From a virus (lineage: Duplodnaviria; Caudoviricetes): DNA of 26,909 bases. The stretch spans positions 1-26,909 of the IMG/VR virus record IMGVR_UViG_3300020042_008729, one strand, 5' to 3'. Shown here piece after piece: positions 26,323 to 26,909 of the stretch. Under the pieces are notes generated by a model that ran no database searches, was not told where the DNA came from, and saw only the letters and a list, made by a program, of their open reading frames with translations. The translations under genes and the position numbers were made by a program. Numbering within the stretch: the first letter of the stretch is position 1; every line of letters begins with the position of its first letter.

Positions 26323-26909
26323 GATTACTTATTTTTTGCTATTGTGTTCACAACCGTTGTCCAGTCGTCCGGAGTTACATTATGCTCTACTGTTGTAATC
26401 TGATACTGAAACTTATCTTTAATCTCAGTTGGCATTCTATCGCATGTCAGAACTTGGCCAAAGCGAAAACCGCCTACGCCTGTTAGTGTTGCTGAGAAGG
26501 CAAATGGTACCATACTGTTCTTACAATAGTCTTGTGGTGATTTCAAATATTCAGCTTTTTGACTTTGTAGGAAGGTTATGCCACCATTAACTGTTTCGGT
26601 AGTCACCTTTTTTCTAAGCATCTCAAACGGATCGTCTGGTGTTTTTGATTCACCGCACTTTCCAGTATCATTGCATGTACTCTGTCCCTTCTCTTGTGCT
26701 CCATCAGGCTTTGCCGTATTCTTTGAGTCTCTAGCATATTGTAGGAATCTATTGGAGCATGGTGTGTTGTCGGATGGTACTGTCTTAGCATCCTTACCTC
26801 CGTAAGTAGCTTGGGTCATCATAGCATCAGTTAACTTCAAATCCATCTTAACCTCTCTCACCATACTAGCATTTGTCGTTGCTTTTAGTACGTATGGTTG
26901 TTTTGTGTT
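25989..26909 (-). repeat. Right arm of the inverted repeat, running off the window end
   Basis: Reverse complement of 24598..25518 at about 95% identity, no indels. Confidence 0.95.
26325..26909 (-). CDS. Inverted copy of the 3' part of the hub gene 23143..25182 (partial, open to the window edge)
   Basis: Protein is near-identical to the last ~194 aa of the 679-aa protein. Confidence 0.85.
   Translation of the reverse strand, partial: NTKQPYVLKATTNASMVREVKMDLKLTDAMMTQATYGGKDAKTVPSDNTPCSNRFLQYARDSKNTAKPDGAQEKGQSTCNDTGKCGESKTPDDPFEMLRKKVTTETVNGGITFLQSQKAEYLKSPQDYCKNSMVPFAFSATLTGVGGFRFGQVLTCDRMPTEIKDKFQYQITTVEHNVTPDDWTTVVNTIAKNK

Noticed and set aside
24598-26909. Diversity-generating retroelement TR/VR pair or invertase shufflon
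   Set aside because: Mismatches are not adenine-specific (many C/T at third positions) and are mostly synonymous; the repeat spans two genes; no reverse transcriptase or recombinase appears in the window.
1-26909. Stop-codon reassignment, CRISPR array, tRNA genes, introns or inteins
   Set aside because: Genes are full length and tightly packed in the standard code, with TAA, TAG and TGA all used as stops; no spaced direct repeats, cloverleafs or interrupted conserved genes were seen.

Overview
The window is a dense, almost entirely + strand virion-morphogenesis region of a large T4-like myophage with a contractile tail. The host is probably Bacteroidota, since start codons have A-rich leaders with no Shine-Dalgarno. 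Gene order: 3' end of a probable scaffold gene, gp23-like major capsid protein, PhoH, neck/head-completion/tail-terminator genes, a block of Ser/Thr/Gly/Ala-rich fibre or decoration genes with small helical proteins, tail sheath, tail tube, gp26-like chaperone, tape measure and baseplate genes. The last ~920 bp are an inverted, ~95%-identical copy of 24598..25518, most likely a chimera with a sister strain. The most interesting signals are: (1) a three-way-junction RNA at 8308..8369 whose apical loop GGCAUG is complementary to UAUGCC at the start codon of the next fibre gene, a candidate translational switch preceded by two tandem paralogous small proteins; (2) a T7 slippery site plus hairpin that could fuse the gp26-like chaperone to an un-annotated +1/-2 frame ORF; (3) a recurrent TA(T/C)TTATA motif upstream of genes, a candidate late promoter; (4) a [ST][GA]S tripeptide enriched in surface-exposed virion proteins. 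Product calls come from motif recognition and synteny only; no database search was run.
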